Below, in pieces: positions 9,437 through 18,276 of a stretch of 64,000 nucleotides of DNA. Below the pieces are notes generated by a model that ran no database searches, was not told where the DNA came from, and saw nothing but the letters and a program-made list of their open reading frames with translations. This DNA comes from Nitrospirales bacterium. GTDB taxonomy: Bacteria > Nitrospirota > Nitrospiria > Nitrospirales > UBA8639. Position 1 is the stretch's first letter. Each line of letters begins with the position of its first letter. Location of the stretch: contig CBDBCZ010000019.1 in the NCBI GenBank assembly GCA_965203295.1, forward strand, positions 2,560,001 through 2,624,000, given 5' to 3'. The position numbers and the translations under genes are program-made.

Positions 9437-9510
9437 ATGAGGGATCATTGGATTGAGGGTGGATTTGCTTCTGAATATTATAGTTTAACTCGAGGAAGGA
9501 GGTGAGCGAA

Positions 9511-9600
9511 TTGGCGACAAAGAAGAAAGCAGCGAAGAAGAAAGCGCCAGCGAAGAAGAAAGCGCCAGCGAAGAAGAAAGCAGCGAAGAAAAAACGATAA
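9511..9600 (+). CDS. 29-aa Lys/Ala-rich histone H1-like peptide MATKKKAAKKKAPAKKKAPAKKKAAKKKR (not in ORF track)
   Basis: SD AAGGAGGTGA, TTG start, in-frame AKKK/PAKKK repeats, TAA, then an intrinsic terminator. Confidence 0.85.
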   Translation: MATKKKAAKKKAPAKKKAPAKKKAAKKKR

Positions 9601-9607
9601 CCTTATT

Positions 9608-9642
9608 GTCGGGAGTGGGATAGCCTGCTCCCGACGTTTTTT
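9608..9642 (+). terminator. Rho-independent terminator
   Basis: GTCGGGAG...CTCCCGAC stem followed by GTTTTTT. Confidence 0.85.
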
Positions 9643-9858
9643 GAGCTTTTCCCAAGATATCCACATCCCCCTACTTCTCTTTTCACAATCCAACTATTTT
9701 AGACAGCATCATCCCAGAGTGATGGCACATTTTTGACTATCGGCTAGACAAGCGAGAGCTTCGTGATGCTCAATGGTCATTGTGGATTGGGGGAGCCTAA
9801 TGGAGACAATCCTATGTCTTTCTTGCTGGAACTGGTACCTATTTGGGATGATGCCTAA

Positions 9859-10581
9859 ATGGAATGTCGGCCTGGAATCCTCATGAATCTCGGAGTCGTG
9901 GATTTCGAAAAAACATGGCTTGTCCAAAAACATCTGCAATCTGAACGTTTACAAGGCAAGCGTCATGATACCCTTATGGTTGTTGAGCATCATCCAGTGT
10001 TCACACTCGGTCGCACAACGAAGTCTGAGCATTTGTACGGAAACAAGGATGCTCTTCAAAATCAAGGGCATCCTGTGTTGGCTATTGAACGTGGTGGCTC
10101 GGTGACCTTTCACGGTCCTGGTCAGATCGTGGCTTATCCGATTTTTCAGCTCCGCAATTTTTGTTCAGGGCCGAAAGCGTATATTCAGATGGTCGTGGAA
10201 GTTATGAATCGTGTGTTGAGTCAATGGGATATTCGAGGAAGGCCGTTAGAACGATTTCCAGGGGTCTGGGTTGAGGGTTCCAATGGGAACCTTCAAAAAA
10301 TTTCGGCTGTCGGTGTACGAATTACCAGAGGTGTCACAATGCATGGCTGTGCGTTGAATGTCACCGTTGAACTTGAGCCATTTACGAAAATCATTCCCTG
10401 TGGAATTGTGGGGTGTGAGGTCACGTCAATGGCAAAGGTACTTGGGAGAGAGGTTGATATTTCAATCGTACGGAAACAAATGGCCAAGCAGTTTGCCGAC
10501 GTCTTCAACCTTGAATGGGTGGATCGACAAACAGAATTATCTGCTATTTCGCAGAAGCATGGACTGAATCAATCTCTTTAA
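9859..10581 (+). CDS. lipB: Octanoyltransferase LipB
   Basis: EHHPVFTLGR, RGGSVTFHGPGQIVAYP, KISAVG, TMHG and IIPCGI motifs. Confidence 0.95.
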   Translation: MECRPGILMNLGVVDFEKTWLVQKHLQSERLQGKRHDTLMVVEHHPVFTLGRTTKSEHLYGNKDALQNQGHPVLAIERGGSVTFHGPGQIVAYPIFQLRNFCSGPKAYIQMVVEVMNRVLSQWDIRGRPLERFPGVWVEGSNGNLQKISAVGVRITRGVTMHGCALNVTVELEPFTKIIPCGIVGCEVTSMAKVLGREVDISIVRKQMAKQFADVFNLEWVDRQTELSAISQKHGLNQSL

Positions 10582-11312
10582 ATTCCCCATCCCCCACTCA
10601 CATGAATGTTACCCCCCGTCGTGTACCGAGCCTCGTCAGAAAGCAGATACCGCACGGCTGAAACCGTGTCAGACACCTCGCCGATGTAGCCTGCCGGGAC
10701 CTTCTTAGCCATCCCTGCTATTTCCTCTTCCGGGGCGCTTCCTGAATTGATAAAACCCGGAGAAATTGCGTTGACGGTAATGCCATCCGGAGCCAGCATC
10801 TTGGCAAGCGTCCTTGTGAGAATCAGAATCCCTGCCTTGGCAATATAATGTGCCGTGACCTGTGGTTGGGCCACCATTTGGTCAGCATTGGCCATACTGA
10901 AAGAAATGATCCTTCCGTATTTTCGTGCCTTCATTCCAGGCACCACTTCTTTGGCTAGATAGAAAACTGGATGAAGATTATTGCTCAGCATCTCTTCCCA
11001 ACCCTCAGGTGTTTCCTCAAGTAAATTGACACGATGATAGGGACCCGCACCATTAATTAAGACATCCACCTGACCCCATGTCTGTTCTACCCGGCGAACC
11101 AAAGCAGCGGAAGCCTTTGGATCGGACACGTCGCATTGGATCGCCAAAGCCTTTCCCCCACGTTCAACAATTTCCCGTTTCGTGTTCTCGGCATCCTGGC
11201 GACTTGTCCGATAACAGATCGTCACCGACCATTTTTGCGTCGCAAGATCAAGGGCAATGCCCCGTCCAATCCCTCGTGCACCTCCGGTGATGAGTGCGAC
11301 TCGTTCCGTCAT
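10578..11312 (-). CDS. SDR family oxidoreductase (FabG-like)
   Basis: TGGARGIG, YxxxK (YIAK context) and NAISPG motifs. ATG 11312 preferred. Confidence 0.9.
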   Translation of the reverse strand: MTERVALITGGARGIGRGIALDLATQKWSVTICYRTSRQDAENTKREIVERGGKALAIQCDVSDPKASAALVRRVEQTWGQVDVLINGAGPYHRVNLLEETPEGWEEMLSNNLHPVFYLAKEVVPGMKARKYGRIISFSMANADQMVAQPQVTAHYIAKAGILILTRTLAKMLAPDGITVNAISPGFINSGSAPEEEIAGMAKKVPAGYIGEVSDTVSAVRYLLSDEARYTTGGNIHVSGGWGI

Positions 11313-11467
11313 ACCTATGACTCCTTTCCTCATCTCATTTTTCTTCCTTAAATCAATGACTGTTTCACAAAAAACCCAGAACTCGAATCAAAGCTAATTG
11401 CCCTGAATCTGATGGCATACAATACACAATGTAGGAGAGAGGTGGTTCGGCATCTTGTTGCGTTTCC

Positions 11468-11649
11468 CTGCAGACTGTTCAAAAAGGCCCGCCAGGCCTT
11501 TGGCGCGCAGAGCGTACATGGGAGTATGTAAGCACGACAAAAGACCGACCTGCCTGCGGGAAGCCGCTTCGGGCGGAGCCAGGGAACGCCGCTGGCTTGT
11601 CAGCCGTAGCCTAAGCATAGGCTGGCGGACTTTTTCAACAGCCTGCTAG
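11468..11649. mobile_element. Non-autonomous MITE-like repeat, copy 1
   Basis: Imperfect TIRs GCAGACTGTTCAAAAAG / CTTTTTCAACAGCCTGCTAG. Core CCTTTGGCGCGC-GAGCGTACATG...AGCACGACAAA-GACCGA is shared with 56635-56907. Confidence 0.8.
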
Positions 11650-11651
11650 AT

Positions 11652-12428
11652 TCAAGACAAACTCTGCCGTCGAGAAAGGCGTTGAGACAACGTGCGAAGA
11701 ACACCTGCCGTTCGTATTGATAAGTTTTTTTGCCCAGCAACCCGTAATTCCTTCATCAACACAAGAAGGTCATCAATCGTATCGACATCCTGCATCTGGT
11801 CCAACACGCCAAAGGACAGCCCTAGAGCTTCGGCTTTGGCTTTGGTCTTGGATAGCACGTCTTTCGTGGACCAAGGAATACCCTCGAACAGTTCAGAAAC
11901 GGGTTTAGTCAGTCCGATAAGATAGTATCCCCCATCCACGGTGGGGCCTAGGACCAGATCTCGACTGTGGTCAGTGAGGAAAGTCATGCTTTCCCTTAGG
12001 ATCGAGGCTTGAAGCATGGGAATATCGGTCCCAATCAACATGGCCCGACGGTATCCTCTTTGAAACGCATTGTGGAAGGCATGGTCCATGCGCTCGCCCA
12101 GATCTTCCCCGACTTGATCCCACAATTGCACACCGTATCGCCCACCTACGGTTTGAAAAAACGGATGATCTTGGGACGGTGCGCAGGCTACCACACGATC
12201 GACTGCTTTAACCGATCGCGTTCGTTCGAGTATGTCTAGAACGAAACTCCCATGGAAGCTGGCAGCTTCATCGGAACTCAAGGGAGGGCAAAGACGGGTT
12301 TTGACTTCTCCAGGAATCGGAGCTTTGGCAAATATGATCAAGACGGTTTCTGAGGGTTCAGAAGCAACTGCAGAAGCGATCTTTCCTTTCTGACTAGCGC
12401 CTCGTTCTTGCCATGGTTTCTTTATCAT
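11652..12428 (-). CDS. TIGR04282-like (DUF2064/CofC-like) glycosyltransferase
   Basis: IIFAKAPIPGEVKTRL, QVGEDLGERM, LIGTDIP, LGPTVDGGYYLIG and DVDT motifs. Confidence 0.88.
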   Translation of the reverse strand: MIKKPWQERGASQKGKIASAVASEPSETVLIIFAKAPIPGEVKTRLCPPLSSDEAASFHGSFVLDILERTRSVKAVDRVVACAPSQDHPFFQTVGGRYGVQLWDQVGEDLGERMDHAFHNAFQRGYRRAMLIGTDIPMLQASILRESMTFLTDHSRDLVLGPTVDGGYYLIGLTKPVSELFEGIPWSTKDVLSKTKAKAEALGLSFGVLDQMQDVDTIDDLLVLMKELRVAGQKNLSIRTAGVLRTLSQRLSRRQSLS

Positions 12429-12447
12429 GGACGAATGGGGAAGAATA

Positions 12448-13170
12448 TTATCGGGTGGGCTTGTAAAAGTGGCTCAACGTGTGTGGACTCAACCCTAACC
12501 AATACAAAACACGCAAGGCCCACATACTGAGAATAGTCCGAAGCGGTCCATGTTGTTCCCAACGACGAAAAGACGTCGTGACCTTTATCAAAATGGCAGC
12601 GATGTCTCCCTGACGTTTCAACCGTTTTGTAAACTCGATGTCTTCCATGATTGGAATGTCGGCAAATCCACCCATCTGATCAAACACGGATTTCCGAACG
12701 AACACAACCTGATCACCTGTGGCAATCCCAGTCAGTCGGGATCGCCAATTCATCATTCGGCTGATGACCCAAGCGTACCCACGATCTTCCTCAAATTGAA
12801 TATCGAACCGGCCACCAACACATCGTTGGTTTTCCATTGCTTGGGCAATAGCAGCAAGGGACGTGCGTGGCAAAAGGGTGTCGGCGTGTAGGAATACCAT
12901 AATGTCGGTTTGCAGAGCTGCAGCACCCGTATTCATTTGCCGAGCCCGGCCTCTTGGCGACGACAAAAGTTTCGTCGAACTCGTCCCGCTATTTCGCACA
13001 TAGGACTCGACGACTTGAAGCGTGTGGTCCTGGCTGCCTCCATCCACGATCACAATTTCATCGAAAGCACATTGCCGAAGGTATAAGAATGTGCGAGGTA
13101 GAGCCTGTTCTTCGTTAAAGGTTGGAATGACCAGCCCGGTTGTCAAGTGTGGTGAGGGAGATCCATTCAT
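12448..13170 (-). CDS. TIGR04283-like GT2 glycosyltransferase
   Basis: IPTFNE, VDGGSQD, GRARQMNTGA, FLHADT, ATGDQ, IMEDIE and TSFRRW motifs. Start is uncertain (13170 or 13188). Confidence 0.88.
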   Translation of the reverse strand: MNGSPSPHLTTGLVIPTFNEEQALPRTFLYLRQCAFDEIVIVDGGSQDHTLQVVESYVRNSGTSSTKLLSSPRGRARQMNTGAAALQTDIMVFLHADTLLPRTSLAAIAQAMENQRCVGGRFDIQFEEDRGYAWVISRMMNWRSRLTGIATGDQVVFVRKSVFDQMGGFADIPIMEDIEFTKRLKRQGDIAAILIKVTTSFRRWEQHGPLRTILSMWALRVLYWLGLSPHTLSHFYKPTR

Positions 13171-13249
13171 GGGCGAAGATGAAAGCATGACCGAACGATG
13201 ACAAAATATTGTGATCAGAAGACGAGGGAGTAGCCCCTCAATAGGCAGA

Positions 13250-13699
13250 TTAGGAACCAGTCGAGGGTTTTTTAGGTGTTTGAAACATGAAATAGACAAC
13301 CATGCCAATCGTCCCCCAATAAATCACATACTTATGCCAAAACAAGACCTCACCAAAATGGAAGAAGACAAGAGCGCAAATCACCGATAAGACAATGACG
13401 ATATAACGAGTAGTGGGCTTCTCAATAGATGAATACGCCCAAAGTGCCATGCCGGTAAAATACAGTATCATGGGAAACACATTGATTTCAGCACCTGTGC
13501 TCGCGGACATGAAGACCTGGATGAATCCAATAAAGACCATGGCACTCCCGACCATCCGCATGCCGACTTTCATTTGGCGATCTTCACTACCCTCCTGTTC
13601 TTCCTCTTGTGGATGCGGGAGCCTCGGGGTTGGGCTCGGAAATGAGGCCTGAGTTTCAGGATTTCCGAGTGACTGATCGTTTTCTGAATCAGATGTCAT
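13250..13699 (-). CDS. Hypothetical membrane protein (about 4 TM)
   Basis: Acidic/Pro-rich N-terminus followed by four hydrophobic segments. Begins 2 nt after the dcd stop. Confidence 0.7.
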   Translation of the reverse strand: MTSDSENDQSLGNPETQASFPSPTPRLPHPQEEEQEGSEDRQMKVGMRMVGSAMVFIGFIQVFMSASTGAEINVFPMILYFTGMALWAYSSIEKPTTRYIVIVLSVICALVFFHFGEVLFWHKYVIYWGTIGMVVYFMFQTPKKPSTGS

Positions 13700-13701
13700 G
13701 C

Positions 13702-14862
13702 TTACCACTTGAAATGTTTGCTGAGAGTTAGTCCCTGCTGATAATACGAGGACCCTAGCGAAGAACCGTACAGGTGATCGGGCGTCTCCACCATCTTTTC
13801 GTACACAACTTTGAAGAACGTCTGGCCATCATGAATGAGAAAGGGAACGTCGTGAGGGCGGACCTCCAGCACAACCTGAGTTCCCCTGCGTTTTCCATGA
13901 GTGACCCCAAATCCCGGGTCGAAAAAGCCTGCATAATGCGTTCGAAGTTCCCCGAACGCGGCTTCATAGGCCACCATTTCTGCGGCGTAGTCGCCAGGAA
14001 CCTGAATGCGTTCTTTGGATGCCAGAATATAAAACTCTTCAGGTTCCAACAAAATTGTTCCATGGGGACTGTGCGTAATGGGTTCCCAAAAGTCAAACGC
14101 GGAGTAATGTCCAATTTTTAGCAAATCAATGACATGGCTGTTTTTTTTAGCCCGGTAACCAACAATAGGATGAGGCGAGTCAGGATGTCCTTGCAAGTCC
14201 ACCCGAAGAAACAACCCTTTGTCCACGCGGATTTCACGGGAAGTGAGCGAACGATTTCGCAGCCCGTCCTCACTATTGTGGTACAGCAAGAAGGTACCCC
14301 GATGGACTGAACGAAGTCGTGAATCAGAAACGGTTGGTCTCCCCGACACCAACCGAAGCTGATTCAGGGAAAGTCCGGTTTGGATGCGTATCGTAAACGA
14401 CCGTGGAACGATTTCCAGGTAAAGCGGACCCCGATACCCTGGCCGAATCTCATCAAACCCAACATTCAGATCCGTGATGACACGCGTAAAAATATCTAAC
14501 CGACCCGTGGAGCTTTTGGGATTCGTGCGGCCTTTCAAGTTTTTTGGAAGTTGGAGGTATTCAAGTAATGGGACAAGATACACATGCCCTTTTTCGAGAA
14601 TGGCTCCATCCCGAAGGTCCATTTCATACATCACCAGATCCGACTGGTAGAGATCCATCACGTTTAAACGGCTTCGAATCTCGGTCCGTTCGGGAAGGAA
14701 ACTGCTTAACAGACGATAGGCCTTTGTCCCCAGACGTAAATCCAGGCTCGCTGGTTGGATTTGTTTGTCGTCGATTGGAAGATTCGCGGTAATCGCTCCG
14801 CTGACGATGAGGTCCTTCAGGTGTTGATAGGGAAGAATGCCTTGTTTCCGAGAGTTCGGCAT
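13702..14862 (-). CDS. dcd: dCTP deaminase (long duplicated-domain DCD type)
   Basis: QIQPASLDLRLG, NPKSSTGRLDIF, RTHYAGFFDPGFG, VLEVR and LSKHF motifs. Its ATG overlaps the KamA stop (TAATG). Confidence 0.9.
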   Translation of the reverse strand: MPNSRKQGILPYQHLKDLIVSGAITANLPIDDKQIQPASLDLRLGTKAYRLLSSFLPERTEIRSRLNVMDLYQSDLVMYEMDLRDGAILEKGHVYLVPLLEYLQLPKNLKGRTNPKSSTGRLDIFTRVITDLNVGFDEIRPGYRGPLYLEIVPRSFTIRIQTGLSLNQLRLVSGRPTVSDSRLRSVHRGTFLLYHNSEDGLRNRSLTSREIRVDKGLFLRVDLQGHPDSPHPIVGYRAKKNSHVIDLLKIGHYSAFDFWEPITHSPHGTILLEPEEFYILASKERIQVPGDYAAEMVAYEAAFGELRTHYAGFFDPGFGVTHGKRRGTQVVLEVRPHDVPFLIHDGQTFFKVVYEKMVETPDHLYGSSLGSSYYQQGLTLSKHFKW

Positions 14863-15983
14863 TACAGTTCGTCCATTGCGCCCTGACTGCATACACCCTG
14901 TCCGATTGGAGCGCCGACCATGGGCAGCTCACGACGTCCCTGCTCTGGCTGAGGATAGTGGTAGGTTTTGTTTTCGTAGTTCTTCAAGACAGCCCCTTTT
15001 TCGTCTAGGTTCAGCAAATATTCATTGGGAAGGATAGGGATTTTGCCACCGCCTCCTGGGGCATCAATCACGAGATGCGGGACCGCCATACCGCTGGTGT
15101 GCCCTTGCAACATTTGAATGATATTCAAACCCGTCTCAATAGGCGTTCTAAAGTGGTTGGTTCCTTTCGTGAGGTCCGCTTGGTACAAGTAATAGGGTTT
15201 GATCCTCGCGAGGAGCAATTGGTGCATCAGCCGTTTCATGACCTCAGGGTCGTCGTTGACACCTTTGAGCAACACCGTCTGCGCACCAAGAGGAATTCCC
15301 GCATCAGCCAAACGGCCACAGGCTTCTTTCACCTCAGGGGTCAGTTCATCTGGATGATTAAAATGCAAATTCATGTAAATGGGGTGATATTTTTTTATGA
15401 TGGCACACAGTTCCGGAGTAATGCGTTGAGGCAGTGTGCCGGGAACTCGTGTGCCAAAGCGAATCAACTCGAGGTGAGGGATCGTCCGAAGGGCTTTTAA
15501 AATCCGTTCAATCAAATTGTCGGGGAGTAACAGCGGATCTCCTCCAGACAAAATGATATCCCGAACCTCCGTATGCTCACGAAGATAGATAATGGCCTGA
15601 TCCAACTCACCTTTTTTCAGAAACCCTGGTTTTCCGACCAACCGTTTCCGTGTACAGAATCGGCAGTAAATCGGACATTGGTTCGTGACCATGAGGAGGA
15701 CTCTGTCTGGGTAACGATGGACCAAGTGAGGGACAGGACTATCGGTGTCTTCTTCGAGGGGATCATCGGGGGCATTGAAATCGTCCATTTCAATGACTTC
15801 CGGCACGACCTGCTTCCAAATGGCATCTCCCTTTTCTTTTATGGTGGAGAGGACTGTTGGGGTAATGCGCATAGGGTAGGCCCCAACAACCTCTTCCACT
15901 TCTTTGGGGTCCACGCCGAGATGCTTGGCCAAGTCTTTTGGTTTGGTAATGCTCGCGGCTAGGACTTGCTTCCAATCTTCCAT
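14862..15983 (-). CDS. KamA family radical SAM aminomutase (lysine/glutamate 2,3-aminomutase-like)
   Basis: HRYPDRVL, CPIYCRFC, SGGDPL, HFNHP, QTVLLKGVND and DAPGGGGKIP (PLP Lys) motifs. Confidence 0.92.
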   Translation of the reverse strand: MEDWKQVLAASITKPKDLAKHLGVDPKEVEEVVGAYPMRITPTVLSTIKEKGDAIWKQVVPEVIEMDDFNAPDDPLEEDTDSPVPHLVHRYPDRVLLMVTNQCPIYCRFCTRKRLVGKPGFLKKGELDQAIIYLREHTEVRDIILSGGDPLLLPDNLIERILKALRTIPHLELIRFGTRVPGTLPQRITPELCAIIKKYHPIYMNLHFNHPDELTPEVKEACGRLADAGIPLGAQTVLLKGVNDDPEVMKRLMHQLLLARIKPYYLYQADLTKGTNHFRTPIETGLNIIQMLQGHTSGMAVPHLVIDAPGGGGKIPILPNEYLLNLDEKGAVLKNYENKTYHYPQPEQGRRELPMVGAPIGQGVCSQGAMDEL

Positions 15984-16088
15984 ATCTGACTCCTTCTTAG
16001 ATGTTCGATGCGTCGACTCTCTTCAATCGGGAGCAATTGGGATAACAAGGTAACAACACGTGAAGGCCCTCAACTCTAGCAAGTTTGA

Positions 16089-16322
16089 TCAGGCATTGCC
16101 TGAATAGGATTCCAAAAAATTCAAAATATCTTCTGTCTCAGTGAGAATCGTATCTCCATCGACAAGAACCGGAACATAGTTTTGACCGGAGATTTCGTAG
16201 ACTTGTTTTCGAAGGGGTCGAAAATCAGGAACGACAACATCCTCATACGGAATGTTTAACTCCTCGAGTTTTTCACGGACGAGAGTACATTCAGGGCACC
16301 AGGTCGTATGATAGAGCGTCAT
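16089..16322 (-). CDS. Glutaredoxin-like protein
   Basis: WCPEC, SGQNYVPVLVDG and ETEDI motifs. Confidence 0.85.
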   Translation of the reverse strand: MTLYHTTWCPECTLVREKLEELNIPYEDVVVPDFRPLRKQVYEISGQNYVPVLVDGDTILTETEDILNFLESYSGNA

Positions 16323-16341
16323 GACCAAACAGTCTCACGAA

Positions 16342-17811
16342 TCAAAAGACCGTTTCGGGTGCCTTTTCGTCCGTCGCGAGTGAACAAGGTACCATGATCG
16401 CATCTCTCATCCCGTGTATGATTTTTTTATCTTTGGGGCAGATAGTGGCCAAGATTCCCCCTAACTTAGCTTGGTCACCTTCCACAAAATAATAGGGCGA
16501 CAGTCGAACTCTTCCTGACATGAGGACACATTCGGTCTTGGCAAAATCATGATACTGGACATCAAATTTTCGCCCTTTATGAAAATCCTGCAAGATATAC
16601 GGTGTAGAAGAAAAGGCCTCCAGCGCTCGTTGGAGAGTCGTCGCCCATTCCGTTTGAGGAAGATCATGCCCGATGGAAACACCACGCCCCCCCCAGGCTA
16701 ATTCCGAGAATCCTGACGGTTTCACCACAAAGCTCCGTTGTCGTTGCGTGGCATAGACCAAGTCATTACAATCAGACACGGCATGACCATCCATATGCAA
16801 ATGGGGAATCACGGCGGTGGGTGGCAGGGGGTGAGGATCCAAAACCCAGGTGCGAGGCATAAGACGCAAGAGTAGATCAAAGGTCTCATTCCCCATCACT
16901 TTGGCCCAAAAAGGTTCCAGTATGGGATGATGCAGCAGAGCAAAGCCCAATTTTTCTTCTAGCCAGGGCTTATATGGAGGAGTGACGATGGTCCGGCCTT
17001 TTTTGGCGGCATACATCACTAACTCCGATTTCGGAATATTTTTGAGATCGAACAATTCAAAAAATCGGTAAACAAGTGAAATGGGTCTTTCAGCACCACT
17101 TTGAGAGAGAAAGAGTCCTTCTTCACTAAAGCGAATTTCTCTGGGGTGAACACAATAGGTTTCGACTGAGAGGGTCGTCAGTTGAGAAGCAACCCAGGTC
17201 ATTTCTGCTCGGTAATCTTCTGCTTCATCTGAAACCACAATCGCGACACAACCGGAATGCTCTCCCATCCATCTGCGAGCCATACTGGCAAAAGCTCGAA
17301 TCATGCCGTCTTCGCCGCCAAGAATCCGATCTCCAAGTTTGGCATAGGCTTGTGAAAGACTTCCGGTCGTCCCAATTCCACCAGGAACAGAGTCCAGTTC
17401 GGTAATACAGAGGCCAGTCTCCGTAGGAATGATATCGGGGCGAATGACATCGGGAAGCACCTGACGAAATCGTTTCATTCGCCCAAAGGCAATGAGATCC
17501 GATGGTTTGCCTTGGTCCATATAGCGAGCGACCCACGCTGGCTGTTCCCCGCGAACGCTTTCAAAATAAAGATGATTGAGCGCACGGTAAAAGATAAGAA
17601 GATGATTCCCCAAAGATTCCAAAAAAGCCGCATCGTGCCTCGACAGAGGGAAAGGATTCGGTGATACCCGCCATTGAGGCTCAAAGTCGGGCTCAAACAA
17701 ACCATCTTTGACCAACGCGTCGTACACGTACTGGCTCCGGCTTGTGAGTCTTTCATAATCTTCGGCAGGGGTTACCACCTGGCCAGGGATGGGGGCTTCA
17801 CCTTTGAACAT
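16342..17811 (-). CDS. Uncharacterised ATP-grasp ligase (glutathionylspermidine synthase / circularly permuted ATP-grasp-like)
   Basis: IRPDII...ITELDSVPGGIG, LVYRFFE, EEK, VVKPSG...WGGRGV and YILQDF motifs. Confidence 0.65.
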   Translation of the reverse strand: MFKGEAPIPGQVVTPAEDYERLTSRSQYVYDALVKDGLFEPDFEPQWRVSPNPFPLSRHDAAFLESLGNHLLIFYRALNHLYFESVRGEQPAWVARYMDQGKPSDLIAFGRMKRFRQVLPDVIRPDIIPTETGLCITELDSVPGGIGTTGSLSQAYAKLGDRILGGEDGMIRAFASMARRWMGEHSGCVAIVVSDEAEDYRAEMTWVASQLTTLSVETYCVHPREIRFSEEGLFLSQSGAERPISLVYRFFELFDLKNIPKSELVMYAAKKGRTIVTPPYKPWLEEKLGFALLHHPILEPFWAKVMGNETFDLLLRLMPRTWVLDPHPLPPTAVIPHLHMDGHAVSDCNDLVYATQRQRSFVVKPSGFSELAWGGRGVSIGHDLPQTEWATTLQRALEAFSSTPYILQDFHKGRKFDVQYHDFAKTECVLMSGRVRLSPYYFVEGDQAKLGGILATICPKDKKIIHGMRDAIMVPCSLATDEKAPETVF

Positions 17812-18171
17812 GTTATGACAATTTGATGAGTGAGGTCAGGTTATGGGAACGGGTCACGCTATAGAAGGCACCTATGGTGTCATCATTGCGGCCTTACCAT
17901 CAAGAACAAAGGATTCAGAGGGGTAACGCCCTTGATGAAAGTCAACGCGTCGGCAACAAAGATAATCGTACCATGCTCTTGAAGAATCAGACAAGGGAAG
18001 TGATGCAAAAACAACGTGCGATTGACTGGACACAGAGACCTTCACCCCCATGTTTTCTGAAAATTTCCTGCACAGAACGGCAATCTTCCATGTCGTTCAC
18101 GGTGAATCTTTTCACAAGATCGTTCCTTCTCGTTCTCGATCGTCTCAGAGACCACGAATGAGCTTGTCCCC

Positions 18172-18208
18172 CTTATGAGTGGACAGTCTTATGAGTGGAC
18201 AGTATAAT
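18172..18208 (+). promoter_or_regulatory. 16-bp tandem direct repeat overlapping a TGGACA-N17-TATAAT promoter
   Basis: CTTATGAGTGGACAGT occurs twice (18172-18187, 18188-18203). TATAAT at 18203-18208. Confidence 0.6.
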
Positions 18209-18276
18209 GACCTACGTAACAGGTGCGGCTTCAATCTCTTGATTGGATCATTGGTCGGGCAGAAGGGATCAAAGAC

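Noticed and set aside
9517..9595. AAGAAGAAAGC repeats as a CRISPR array or VNTR
   Set aside because: There are no unique spacers or cas genes. The repeats are in-frame codons of the Lys/Ala peptide.
9478..9693. Minus-strand 71-aa ORF with FLLRWR repeats
   Set aside because: It is the antisense shadow of the peptide gene, which has the SD and terminator.
11394..11649. Short ORFs spanning the MITEs (also 56635-56858)
   Set aside because: They are chance frames within non-coding repeats.
17874..18161. 95-aa ORF in a divergent intergenic region (similarly 8295-8492, 43171-43521, 46334-46879)
   Set aside because: No motifs or clear SD. These are likely promoter DNA or antisense shadows.
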